Origin: Stegostoma tigrinum
Taxonomy: Eukaryota
DNA: 64,000 nt
Assembly (NCBI RefSeq): GCF_030684315.1
Contig: NC_081391.1
Coordinates: 19,986,629 to 20,050,628, forward strand
Direction: 5' to 3'
Every line of letters begins with the position of its first letter. The stretch's first letter is position 1. The notes below the pieces were generated by a model. The model was not told where the DNA came from. It worked only from the letters and a program-made list of their open reading frames with translations, and ran no database searches. Positions 44,151 to 56,253 of the stretch are shown in pieces. A program made the position numbers and the translations under genes.

Positions 44151-45553
44151 TTCCACGATGTAATGCAATTACACCATGCAGTTCACTCACTCCTGCACTC
44201 TCTTTAGAAATGCACCTTTTATTTTGTATTATCTCTACCTGCTTTTCCCACCATTTTTTCTGCTTTGAACTTCATCTGCCACTTGCGTGCCCATTCCACC
44301 AATATGTCTGTGCTCTTGTGAGGTTCTACACCATGGCCGTCACGCTAAGTTTCTTATCCTGTACAAAGTATGAAATTGCATCTTTTATACCAAGGTCTAA
44401 GTCATTAGTTTGCTTTTGCAAAAGCCTGGTTCCTCCCCCTAACCCGTGGAACTCCACTACAAACCATCCCCCTCGTCCAGAGAGCATCCATTAGCAGCAC
44501 TTCTGTTTCTAGTAATGAGTAACTCGTCAAAGTGACGAGCATCTACTCCTTCACTTGTCCCATTTGGAAAGTGAGTGAAAAGCTGATGCAAAAGGACAAT
44601 GCATCTAGAAGTTGTAGCCTCTCAGTGTTCATAATGTATTGAACCTACTAATTTCCAATTTTGAAACTAGTCCTCAAGCAAACTTAAGAAATCTACTCCC
44701 CACCCAAGTCCCCTAACCTGCCATTTCTAAATGGATGCTGTATATGTTGCTTGGCTTCTATTCAAGCAGAGGTTCAGAATGTTGGAGCTGAAAAAAGTTC
44801 ACAAACAGGACCTCTCCTCCTCAGCAATTTCTGAACCCTGTTCCCCTGCTGAGAGCTTCACTTCAGACAAACAAGAGGAAAAGAAGTGACCCAAACAATG
44901 ATTGGCTGCTGTGCATATAAAGCTATTGGGAGGTATGGAAGGGTAGGAGGAAGTAAGAAGTAATGAGGAATCAGGTGGGGGTGGGGGTGTTGAAGAAGAA
45001 AGGCAGAAGAGCTTGGATTCCAACTCTGATTCCTTGAAATCATTCATCTGCTAAACCTCAGGGCCCAAAATTAAAAACCAAACAAATCCACAAGCTGCAG
45101 TTGGGAAGGTGTGGGACAGCCCTTACAGTCTGCAAACTTAAAGAGTTTACTGACCCTTACTGCTGTTGGAAAACGGGTAGAGGAAGCACCTAGTGTCTAG
45201 TGTCATCCAGAGAAGAAAGTCCTAGCACTAAGTGGTACACACCTGGAAGGCTAATGTAACACTAAAAAGCAAACACCTCACGTACATTTTCATATGGCAA
45301 ATTTGTATGTTCCATATGTGCATACAATTTATGCTACCTTTAGAGGAAGATATAGAAGTGAGTGAAATTTCTATTGTGGATTTTTTCAGTCAAGTTTCCT
45401 GGTTAGCTGTTGGTAATTTAGGTAGTTTTAAAACAAAGATCCAAAATCCAGTTCCACAAATACTTGTATTTCCATTTGGAATGGCAGACAGAAAAAGGCA
45501 AAGTGATTGTCAGAATTAGGTCACAAATGGACCAGTTTCTTCTATAACCCCAT

Positions 45554-47738
45554 TCAGCTGAGTGAGAGCCTGTCAAACAGGTACTCTCCCATGCCATTGG
45601 CAGGGGCTCCCAGTCTCTTCAGGTTGGTGATGTGATCTCCCAGCTTCTTGATCATCTTCACTTGCTCATCCAAGTAGTGCCTCTCCAGGAAGTCACACAG
45701 CTGGAGAAAGAAAAGAAATGAGTAGCTCACTAAACAGAAAGCATCTTGGTACTTCAAATGCTCTGTGCTATGTGAATAGGTACATTTAACCTCAAGGACC
45801 AATGCTTGATCACCTTCAGACAAAAAAAAAGGAGAGAGATTGTGAAGTACTCACATGAGGGTCCTTGTGGCCAGAGGCGAGTTTGTGCAGATCCAGCAGA
45901 CTCTGGTTCACATCCTTCTCCATCTGCAGAGCTCTCTGCATTGCCTCCAGACCATGGCCCCACTCATCCTGCTCTGGCTTCTGGAAGAAGGGTTTTGTTA
46001 GTCAGAAGCTGCTATGGGCTTCTGTACTAGAACTAAAGGCTGTGCCTTTCAAGGTTAAAAAAGGCTTGAACCACATGTTGCAGATTGCCACCCTCCACTT
46101 TTGGAGAGGGGGGGGGGGGCATAACCTGCCACATCTTAAACATAAAAGAAATTCAGAATCAATGCACGTGTGATGTTAGTGCTGGAGCTTAAGTGCCTGA
46201 TGCAGCATTTGAAGTCAGTCGCTCCCCCATACAAATGGGGAATTGTTGGAGTCAGTGAAGTACTAGACTATCCTACTGCCTAGTCAGTTCCAGCTGCAAA
46301 TAAGGGAATGCAAAGCAAAATGTTGCCTTGCCCTAAGTGACTCCAGCCTGGATGTTTCCAATGGTCAATCGTTTAAGACCACCAGGATGATAGTGAAAAA
46401 TCACTGGGCACTACAGTTGAATGAAACCTCAAACTCCTTTGCCATTTGAGCATTTTAGAATTCAATTAAATTCCTAAACACCACCCTATCCATGTGGATG
46501 GAAACCTTGGTTAAGAAACCAAGCAGGTTTCTTAAAACCATGAATTTAAGTCAAGTACAGGTCATACAGAGGAGTGCTCATCTCAATCAATTGCTTCTGA
46601 TCACTCCACGAGCTCCATTGGATTAGAAAAAGCCAACAAAAACATTTCAGCCCATGCACTTGAACAGGTGCAGAATCAAAGATACAGGCTATCCAAAACA
46701 CACAGGCTTCTGTCAAAGTAAACACTCAAGCTTTCCCCTTTTAAATTAAACAGGGGGGTTAAAAGCCCAACCTTGATGTCCAGCAGGAGGACTCGGCCTC
46801 CACGTTTATTCTGGAATGCCATCAGTCTCGCAGCATGTTCCCATTCCTCATGGGACTGCTCCTTGAAGAACTCAGCAAAGTGTCGCAGGGCAACATCGTC
46901 CCTGTCAAAGTGAGAGATCTGTGGAGGGAAGGATTGGACAGGAATCAATTAAAGTAGACCCAGAAATTCTAAAAGCCAAGGGCTTGGTTACTCATTCTCT
47001 ACCTGGCTTCAAGTTAGAGACTTGGAATTTCAGTCAAATATATTGGCCTCAGCTAGTTTGAAATCTAGTCACATTTGACCACATGCAAACCCCATCCTTG
47101 TGTTTGGGGGATCATGTTAGGAAATAGTAGATGTTAAGAGGCCAGAGACAGCAGTAATTTTTGCCTTAGCATTCCACTTAATGCCACAAAGACTTGCTTC
47201 CCTCACTCATCAGGGAAGGGGTACAGAAGAACCATCTGAACAGCCCAGCATTGACTCCTCACATGGATTAGTAATGTCAGTTCAGGTAAGAAAGATCTAG
47301 TCAGTTTTGGGGGCAGTGAAAACAAGATTGATCGGCTAGTTCCTCACCCCAATACAGCCTCAACATTCAGTTTTACCATTAAAGTAAGGAATTAGATTGC
47401 TCATGTGGACTAGAATAATTCTAGTTGTCAAACCCACAGACACCTCAGATTTAGCCAGTTTAAAAGAACACAACAATGACAAGTTAGACAACAGACTTGT
47501 ATCACAATTTACTTGGCAGGGGAGGCAGAGATTAGAATTAACCCTTAAATTACAGGTCACTAACACCAGAACTTGTTGCTCAGAATAGTGAATTATTAAT
47601 AACTTTGAAAGAGTACCCAGAAGATACAGCACTCACCATGGAGAGGTAAACATAGGAGGAATAGAGCTCCAGGTTGATCTGCTTGTTAACAGCATCCTCA
47701 CAGTCCTTGTGGTAGTTCTGACACACTTGGGAAGCCAT
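45554..47738 (-). CDS. Ferritin subunit copy H, intact, 173 aa, chimeric
   Basis: Exons 47637-47738, 46772-46918 (ISHFD…EEWEHAARL…LLLDIK), 45855-45980, 45554-45700. GT-AG. Confidence 0.93.
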
Positions 47739-50700
47739 CTTCACACCTAATTACAAAAAGCAAACTCAAACAACAGCCTAACCCCACCTCCCATGAGCTC
47801 TAGTATATATGTGAATGGGAATCTGCATTCCAACAGGAAATGTTATCACCAATAGTGCTTGGCTATTAGGGATTTCCAATCAGGAAGCTCCCATGAATAC
47901 AGGCATTAATTAGGGGGAGGTGCTGGTGGGAGCTATGTACAAACCAGAGCCAATCGGTTCATGAAGGCAGCTCAACCCCACCTTCTCAAGGGGAATCTAG
48001 CAATGTACAATAAATGCTGGCCCAGCCCATGACTGCCCTTGTCCTGCAAGTGAATACTCAAAAAAATTACAGTGCCGTAGGAGGACGCTTGGTCAATTGT
48101 GCTGCACCAGATCCATTGTGCTCATCTCTTGCCATGTCCCTGCATATCACCACGATCCCGAAAGAAAACCCAATGTTCTCTTCAAAGCTTCAATTGTACC
48201 TGCCTTCCCCACATCTCCAGGCAGCACATTGCACAAACTCTCCACATTCTGTGTAAAAATGTTTTTTTTCTCACTTCACCCTTGCTTTGTTTGCACATCA
48301 CTTTAACTATCCCCTCACGTATCTACTTTTTAAAATTTGTGGACGGGATGAGGGCATTGCTGACTAGGCAGCATTTATTGCCCATCCCTAATTGCCCAGA
48401 GGGCAGTTAAGGGTCAACCACATTGCTGTGGGTTTGGAGTCTCATGTTGGCCATTTGGCAGTATGGCAAATGGCGGTTTCCTTCCCTAAAGGACATCAGA
48501 GGACCAGATGGATTTTTCCAACAATTGACAATGGACTCATGGTCATCGTTAGATTCTTAAACTCCAGATATTTATTGAAATCAAATTCCACCATTTACCA
48601 TGGTGGGATTTGAACCAAAGTCCCCAGAACATGATCTGGGTCTCTGGATTAACAGTCCACAATCATACCACGAGGCCATCGCCGAGTAAAAACTAAATGG
48701 GTTACTTAACAACAGCCAAGAATCTTGGATCTGAATGTTCAGTTTATTCCCAAGGTTTTGGCAGAGCAGGGTTTATATTTCCAGTATTGTGTGTGTGAGG
48801 AGCACCGTCCCTAATGGATGAGCTCTAACCTTTAGGTTATGCTGCTGTCTACACCCATTTCCCCTTGTCCGAAAATATCCCACCCGAGAACATCGTTTTT
48901 CTCTCGTTGACTCTATCAAATCAATTAATCAGCTTCAAATCTTAATAACAATTATTTCTTGTTCTTCTACACTCACAGGAACTTGAGGTTTTAAAAAATG
49001 TTGTTTTGGGATGTTGGCATCACTGGCGGGACGTGTATTTATTGCCCATCCCTAGTTTCCTCTTGAGAAGGTGGTGGTGAGTTGCCTTCGTGAACCGTTG
49101 CAATGTCCATCTGGTGAAAATAGACTCAGAGTGCCCCTAAGGAGAGAATTCCAGAAATCTGACTGATTTAACACTGCAGTAACATTGAAGGGACGGTAAT
49201 ATATTTCCAAGCCAGGATGGTGGATGGCTTGGAGGGGAACCTGCAGGGGGTGGTGTTCCCACGTATCTACTGCCCTTGTCCGACCAGATGGAAGTGGATG
49301 TGGCTTTGGAAGGAGCTGTCAAAATACCTGAATTTCATCTTCAATGCAAATTGCCTTCATTGTTTAACCCTTTCGACCTGTTGTCATCCTGTGCTGCATT
49401 CCCTCACAGACTCATAGATCGAGACCTGAATACAGTATCATAGATATGCACTCACTGGCATTTAATAAATGGTAGCAGAACTGTCCGATCAATAACATGG
49501 GGGCATCATTTTAAGGTGAAGAGCAGTAGGTTTAGAGGGGATTTGCCAAAAACATTTTTCACCCAGATGGTGTGATGGGAATCTGGAATGCACTGTGTGG
49601 GAGAGTAGTAGAGATGGGAAACCTCACAACTTTTGAAACGTACATGGATGGGCACTTGAAGTGTCATTACACTTAAGGCTATAGGTGAAGTGCTAGAAAG
49701 TGAGATGAGTGTAGATAGGTCAGCACAGACCTGATGTCTATGGCCCGAATGTCGAGCTCTTTGTATTCCAGACAATTCTGTGCCTGTCCACTAGCTCTTG
49801 CAATTTCTGCAGATGGATCCCGTAACCTTATGGTCACCACCAATTCTGTTCCCCGAATGTCACAGTTTAGCTAATTTCTCTTTCTTGTTCCGAAGTGCAT
49901 GGCCTCACTCTTCCTCACATTGAGGCCTGCCTGCTGCTGTTTGCTCATTCATTTCAACAATGGCTTGTTGCAAACTTGCAGGTCCCATCCACACCATCCA
50001 CTTTGTCGCTTCACTTTGTTTTGTCAGGAAATTTGGACATATATCTCTCGAGTCCTTCATCTACGTCAATCTGTCAATGTGAAACTGAAGCCCATGTGGA
50101 GATTCCTGGGAGTGAGAGTCAAATTTTGTCAATCAAAGTTGGCAGCCATTCTGTCAGCCACCTTCCCCTTTCCCCATTCCCACCACATGTCCAACAGTAT
50201 CTTCCTATTGTACGTGCATGCATTTTTCCTAATTATGTCATGGATACTCGTCATTGGTAGAATTGATATTAGCTGCTTTGACTGTTCTCAAACTGAGAGC
50301 ATCAGTCCTCCAGGTCAGAGCTCCCGGATTCACCTTAGGGTTTGACGAGTTTGTAAATGAATATTTCTCCCTGTACATGATGTCGAATTAAACGACATCT
50401 GAAGGTTTGAAGCATCTCTCATCTGGTCTAGAAGAGGTCAGGGACACTGACACTGATCACAGCAGTTTAGGATATTACCCTGCACGAGATAGCCTGCAGC
50501 AAATCTGCAAATCAACCAGTCACACTGGGAAAACAGAGATAATGGGAACTGCAGATGCTGGAGAATCCAGGATAACAAAGTGTGGAGCTGGATGGACACA
50601 GCATGCCAAGCAACATGTCAGGAGCACAACTCTGGGGGAAACAGACAGGATGCCTCTCTCAGAATCCTATCACTCCCATTGCTGTTAAGTTTCATGTGGA

Positions 50701-53029
50701 GCTTTATCCGATCAAGCTCAGGAGCTCTATCATCCATTCCTTCTTCTGTAAGGAAGTTGTCTGTTGGATTTCTCTTAGATTTGAGAAGCGAGATTTTAGA
50801 AAAAAAAGGAACAGCAGTATCATCTCAGGACCAGAGTCAATTCTTTTGGTATTTCCTGACACCAGAAAATATAGTCCTTTCAATTTAGAGTGCAGGAAAT
50901 TGTTGAACAAATTGCAGCCTGAGAATCTACGTCCAGTAACAGATTTAAGTCCGACATGATAATGTCTCACTTGTGCACCCCTGCCCTCCTCAGGACTGAC
51001 TCTGAACACTGCAGTATATGGAGAATGACTATTCAGTTAGTTCGCTACATCCAGGGTAAGCACCAGGATCCCTTACTCATTTAATTGTATGCTTGCGACA
51101 ACACAAAAAAAAAATGGGAGCGAGAGTCCATGTGGCGGACTCCCAAGGCAATGGCCACCTACCTCTATACAACAGAGACTCTATCACTGGTGTGTCTCGC
51201 AAGCCTGCCGCTGTTTGGATAATGAGTGCTTTCCTGAAGTTTGGCAGTCGGCCCAGTTGTTTGTCTTAAACTCAGGGCTGTGTGAGCTGTTAATTGCCAG
51301 TGCTTAAACTTGTGGAAGAGTTTTCTAACCAAGTGCCAGCCGAAGCTATTTCACATGAGCACCAACTGCATTGCTGAGCCACTCGAGTCACATGCAGGCC
51401 AGATCAGCTAAGGGTAGCAGATTTCACTCCCAGAGAAAGATTAGTCAAACAGAAGAATGGGAGATATGCAAAACTGTCAGATAGTAAACTGCCCTGATAC
51501 ACCAGCCATCTCTTTCGGTTTTTAAAGACTCTCCAAATTCTCAACTGAAATTTGGAAGAAAATTGATCACTGACGTTTGGCAGCCAGTAAAATAAGGAAC
51601 TGCAAAAGCATGTTTAAGAGAAGTGTGGTGTAGTGGCAGCATCCCTAGACAAGGATGGTCAGGTTTGTGCCCCACCCGAGAGGCGATTAACATCCAAAAA
51701 TGAATTGATTAGCAGAGGGTTCAACTGTGTCAAAAACGTCAAAGAAGCACTTGCCATACAACCGAAATATCATGGATCTGGACAAAAATCAGTTATTCAA
51801 TTTCACAAAAAGTGTTTCTTCATTATGGAGATTTTATTTTCCAATTCAACAAGGGTAGATAAGGTTTCTAAAACACTAAATCCATTTACAGCACTGATGG
51901 GATTCTAAAATCCCACTCAGCTGAGTGTGAGCCTGTCAAACAGGTACTCTCCCGTGCCATTGGCAGGGGCTCCCAGTCTCTTCAGGTTGGTGATGTGATC
52001 TCCCAGCTTCTTGATCATCTTCACTTGCTCATCCAAGTAGTGCCTCTCCAGGAAGTCTCACAGCTGGAAGACAAGACAAAATTAATTCAGAGGAATCAAA
52101 AAGGTGTCTAAATGACCTCCCATGACAGATGTGACGATGACCACCATGTGGAGGTCCACTCAGATGTATTTGAAAGTTTGTTTAGCGCCCTTGAAACATT
52201 CATCTCATCAGGAACTCACATGAGGGTCAGTGTTGCCAGAGGCGAGTTTGTGCAGATCCAGCAGACTCATGTTCACATCCTTCTCCATCTGCAGAGCTGT
52301 CTGCTTTACCTCCAGACCACTGCCCCACTCATGCTGCTCTGGCTTCTGGAGGGAGAAAGATAGTCATTAGTGTGGTTAGAAGGTCCAAAACTCTCATGAG
52401 GGCCTGAAAAAAAAAAAAATGGAGACACATGGTAATCTGTGCTCAGTCCAACCAAAGGATGAAAAATCAATTCAAAATTCAGAGGAGGTCATGGAGACCA
52501 TTATCAGACATTTGACCCATCATGAAGAACTGCTGACAGATCAGTATTTAAAAACTGGCTGAAACATTCGGACAACATGACCTGTATTCAGGCAAGTCTA
52601 CAGTAATGTATCATAGTCTAAACTGACATTTGGGCCAGGTCAGTGCTAAAACCCTTTCATTCTGAGCATTCAGATTTGTTGATTTTTAAGAAAGGTGAGA
52701 ATTAGCAAAACCAACTCACATCAAGTAGAGACTTTCTACCAAGACGCTTCACTCATCTCAACACGAGATGTACAGGGGAGCCTAGAACAGCACGGCCATT
52801 GTACAATCAGGAAACTACACAATTTGCATTTACTCTGCAAGACAGAATCCAACCTTGATGTCCTGCAGGAGGACTCGGCCTCCACGTTTATTCTGGAATA
52901 CCATCAGTTTCTCAGCATGTTTCCGTTCCTCATGGGACTGCTCCTTGAAGAACGCAGCAAAGTGACGCAGGGCAACGTCATCCCGGTCAAAGCGAGAGAA
53001 CTGTGTAAAAAGAAACAAAGTGGGAAAGT

Positions 53030-53839
53030 CACCCCCATCCCAGGCCCCAAGATGACATTCCACATTAAGCAGAGGTTCACCTGCACATCTGCCAATGTGG
53101 TATACTGCATCCACTGTACCCGGTGCGGCTTCCTCTACATTGGGGAAACCAAGCGGAGGCTTGGGGACCGCTTTGCAGAACACCTCCGCTCAGTTCGTAA
53201 CAAACAACTGCACCTCCCAGTCGCAAACCATTTCCACTCCCCTCCCATTCTCTTGATGACATGTCCATCATGGGCCTCCTACACTGCCACAATGATGCCA
53301 CCCGAAGGTTGCAGGAACAGCAACTCATATTCCGCCTGGGAACCCTGCAGTCATATGGTATCAATGTGGACTTCACCAGTTTCAAAATCTCCCCTTCCCC
53401 CACTGCATCCCTAAACCAGCCCAGTTCATCCCCTCCCCCCACTGCACCACACAACCAGCCCAGCTCTTTCCCCCCACCCACTGCATCCCAAAACCAGTCC
53501 AACCTGTCTCTGCCTCCCTAACCGGTTCTTCCTCTCACCCATCCCTTCCTCCCACCCCAAGCCGCACCCCCAGCTACCTACTAACCTCATCCCACCTCCT
53601 TGACCTGTCCGTCTTCCCTGGACTGACCTATCCCCTCCCTACCTCCCCACCTGCACCCTCTCCACCTATCTTCTTTACTCTCCATCTTCGGTCCGCCTCC
53701 CCCTCTCTCCCTATTTATTCCAGTTCCCTCCCCCCATCCCCCTCTCTGATGAAGGGTCTAGGCCCGAAACGTCAGCTTTTGTGCTCCTGAGATGCTGCTT
53801 GGCCTGCTGTGTTCATCCAGCCTCACATTTTATTATATT
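53030..53839 (+). mobile_element. Young 5'-truncated Penelope-like insertion with 13-bp TSD
   Basis: [35 protein letters not shown] motif. aaagtgggaaagt at 53017-53029 and 53840-53852. Empty site in copy D at 22671-22688. Confidence 0.93.
53741..53776 (+). ncRNA. Minimal hammerhead-ribozyme-like motif in PLE 3' tail
   Basis: CUGAUGA (53746-53752), stem GGGUC-UA-GGCCC, GAAAC (53766-53770), GUC; helix I is only about 2 bp. Confidence 0.55.
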
Positions 53840-54795
53840 AAAGTGGGAAAGTTGCTCAGTCACCGAAGAGACCTTCCATCAGAAAGTAACCCAGTCACCA
53901 TCATGAATCATCAGAGTTAGGTGAGGGAATGGAGGGATGTTTGCAGGACAAAAGCAGAGAAATCATCCCCATGGATTATGGCCCAAATAGCAGGCATTAG
54001 GTTTAGTTTTCCATAAGGGAAGTAAAGCCAACTGCAACCACTGGCCTGACAGTGCCCTATGAAGTCAGTCACAGCCATGAGACATCCCTATTGCTCAGCA
54101 CTGGAAGCTGGTCCGGACATGACCAACTGAGGCAGGATGTTGGCTTGTTGACTAACAGAGCCAGATGTCTGTCAGCTCCCTCATCACCCAACTGAACAAT
54201 TCTAGTTTTGAGTCTATTCGGCATGGATGCCCAAGTAGAAAGTCACACATGGCATGCAGAGTTTCAATCAAATCAAATAGCAACACTTGAAGTTGATTGG
54301 AGAAGGTTTCCACAAGGGGAGTGATTTTTATACAAATTCTTCAGCCAATAAAATAAAGTTAAAATCAAAGCCAGCTTACCCCTCTGTAACTAGGGCCATA
54401 CGCTGTCCAGAAGAACAACAAGGGCAGGGGACCCTCAAGGGTGAGTTTCAATTTAAGAAACAGCTACATTTAAGAATTCTAGTATGAAGTGTGTTAGCTG
54501 GATTCAGTCAGGGAAGCAGGAGACTCCAGCTACATTCTGCAGGTAGTTCATTGAACCAGAAAACACCAAAAGCCTCATTACAATTATAATCACAGCCTTA
54601 AGTCTTGAAGCAATCAAACCTCACCATGGAGTGGTAAGTATAGGAGGAATAGAGCTCCAGGTTGATCTGCTTGTTAACAGCATCCTCACAGTCCTTGTGG
54701 TAGTTCTGACACACTTGGGAAACCATCTTCACTATTCCTGCTCACAAGCACCAAGAAAACTCTAGAACTAAGTCTCTCTCTCCCACAGGCTCTTG

Positions 54796-54999
54796 TATTT
54801 ATAGTCCTGGGACCATCCTGCAGTCACACAGAGAGAGGCAGAACTGATGATGACTGACAGTTGCTGCTGGCCAAGTCTCATACTAAGTCTCTGTACCATA
54901 TGCTCTAGTATTTATACTCCTGGGACATCCTATGTTCAACGAGGGAATGACATCACCAATGATGACTGACATTCCCTGAAAGCCAATTCGGAATCTCCC
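54796..54999 (-). promoter_or_regulatory. Tandemly duplicated core promoter of copy I
   Basis: TATAAATA at 54796-54803 and 54909-54916, each followed on plus by cctggga...tgatgactgaca; GGGAGATTCC 54990-54999. Confidence 0.65.
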
Positions 55000-56201
55000 A
55001 TGAATTTAGCCCCGCCTCTGCCCTCCCACCAATTAGAGAGAGGGTGTGGGTGTATGAGGCAGAGCTGATCAGAGGTGCAGATTGTTGTCAAGTCTGGATG
55101 GTTATTCTGTGATTGGATCAGCAGTCGGTCATTTAGAATCTCCAATCTGCCGGAACTCTCTGTCGGGTCATGGTTAGTTTGAACAAAAAACTAGATTTGG
55201 ATTTGGAAAGCTTTTCTTTTTAAACTAAGCTTGTTGTGACCAACTGCAGGAGGTGCTCAATGAAGGAGAATCAGTTTCTGAGCATGTTCTGCTGGAATAT
55301 TGGAGAGAAAGGTCGGAGATTGGTGGTAGTTCGTAGAAATTTGTAACAGAAACAAACAGGACAAAGACAGGAAGGATGTTTCTGATGACCAATGCGCCCA
55401 GAACCAAGGGTCACTGTCTAAGGAGAGAGAGGAGTCTGTTTGGGATTGAGATGAGGAGAAATGTCTTCAGCCAGACAGTGGGGTGTCTGTTGTATTCTGT
55501 GGGACAGGAAACAGTTGAAGCTAAAATACTGAAGGTTTTGAAGAGTTAGATGTAGCTCATAGGGCTATGGGGATCAAAGGGTACGGAGAGAGAGTGTGAA
55601 GATGGTACTGAGTTAAGGGATTACCCATGATCATATGGGATGTCAGAGCAGGCTGGAAGGGCTGTATCAAAATGGTTCATAATTTTGAACATTTCAATCA
55701 GGTGATCTTTTAATCTTCTCTGCTCCAAGGAGATAAGGCCAATTTTTAAAATCTTTCCTGGTATCATTCCGGCAAATCTCCTTTGCACCGTGTCCAGGGC
55801 TTTAATGCCCTCCCTTAGAAACAGTGCCCAGAATTGAACACAATACTCTAATGCGGTCTGACCAATGGTGTGTAGTGGTGTAGCGTTACTTCTTTGCTTT
55901 TATACTCTCGGGCTCTCCTTAAAAACACAAGATTCCTATAAGCATTCTTCATGACTGTTTCATCTTGCCTGGCCACCTTCAGGGAATTGTAGTTTTAAAT
56001 CCTGAGGGCTCTCTGCTCCTGTACTCACCTTGACGTTGTTCCATTGAACCTGTATTATCTCTTCATGTCTCCATGTTTCTTCGACCAAAATGCATTTCTT
56101 GCATTTTTTTGTGTTGAAATTATAAAGTGATTGCCAACATCAAATCTTACCCAATAAAAATCAAATGATCCTAATTTTGAAGTCTTCAACTGACACCCCA
56201 C

Positions 56202-56220
56202 GTGTGTGTGTGTGTTTTTA

Positions 56221-56253
<33 letters not shown>
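56202..56253 (+). repeat. Imperfect (TG)n microsatellite
   Basis: Directly visible; much shorter at the paralogous site 35261-35272. Confidence 0.9.

Larger units (their letters stand above)
51917..54726 (-). pseudogene. Ferritin copy I, premature stop in exon 4 and PLE insertion beside the exon-2 acceptor
   Basis: Exons 54625-54726, 52854-53000 (EERKH), 52220-52345, 51917-52063. Codon 2 of exon 4 is TGA (plus tca 52058-52060) instead of TGT. Confidence 0.88.

Noticed and set aside
52058-52060. In-frame TGA at a Cys codon as selenocysteine
   Set aside because: Present in only one copy that has other lesions; its short 3' UTR matches that of copy D and shows no SECIS-like hairpin by eye.
52695-53414. 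Longest ORF (239 aa) as a novel GIY-YIG fusion gene
   Set aside because: Chance in-frame join of antisense ferritin exon 2 and a truncated PLE; no real ATG start and it leaves the PLE frame.
53395-53510. Three tandem units of about 38 bp as a CRISPR-like or regulatory array
   Set aside because: Internal minisatellite of the PLE tail, with no unique spacers, in a eukaryotic context.
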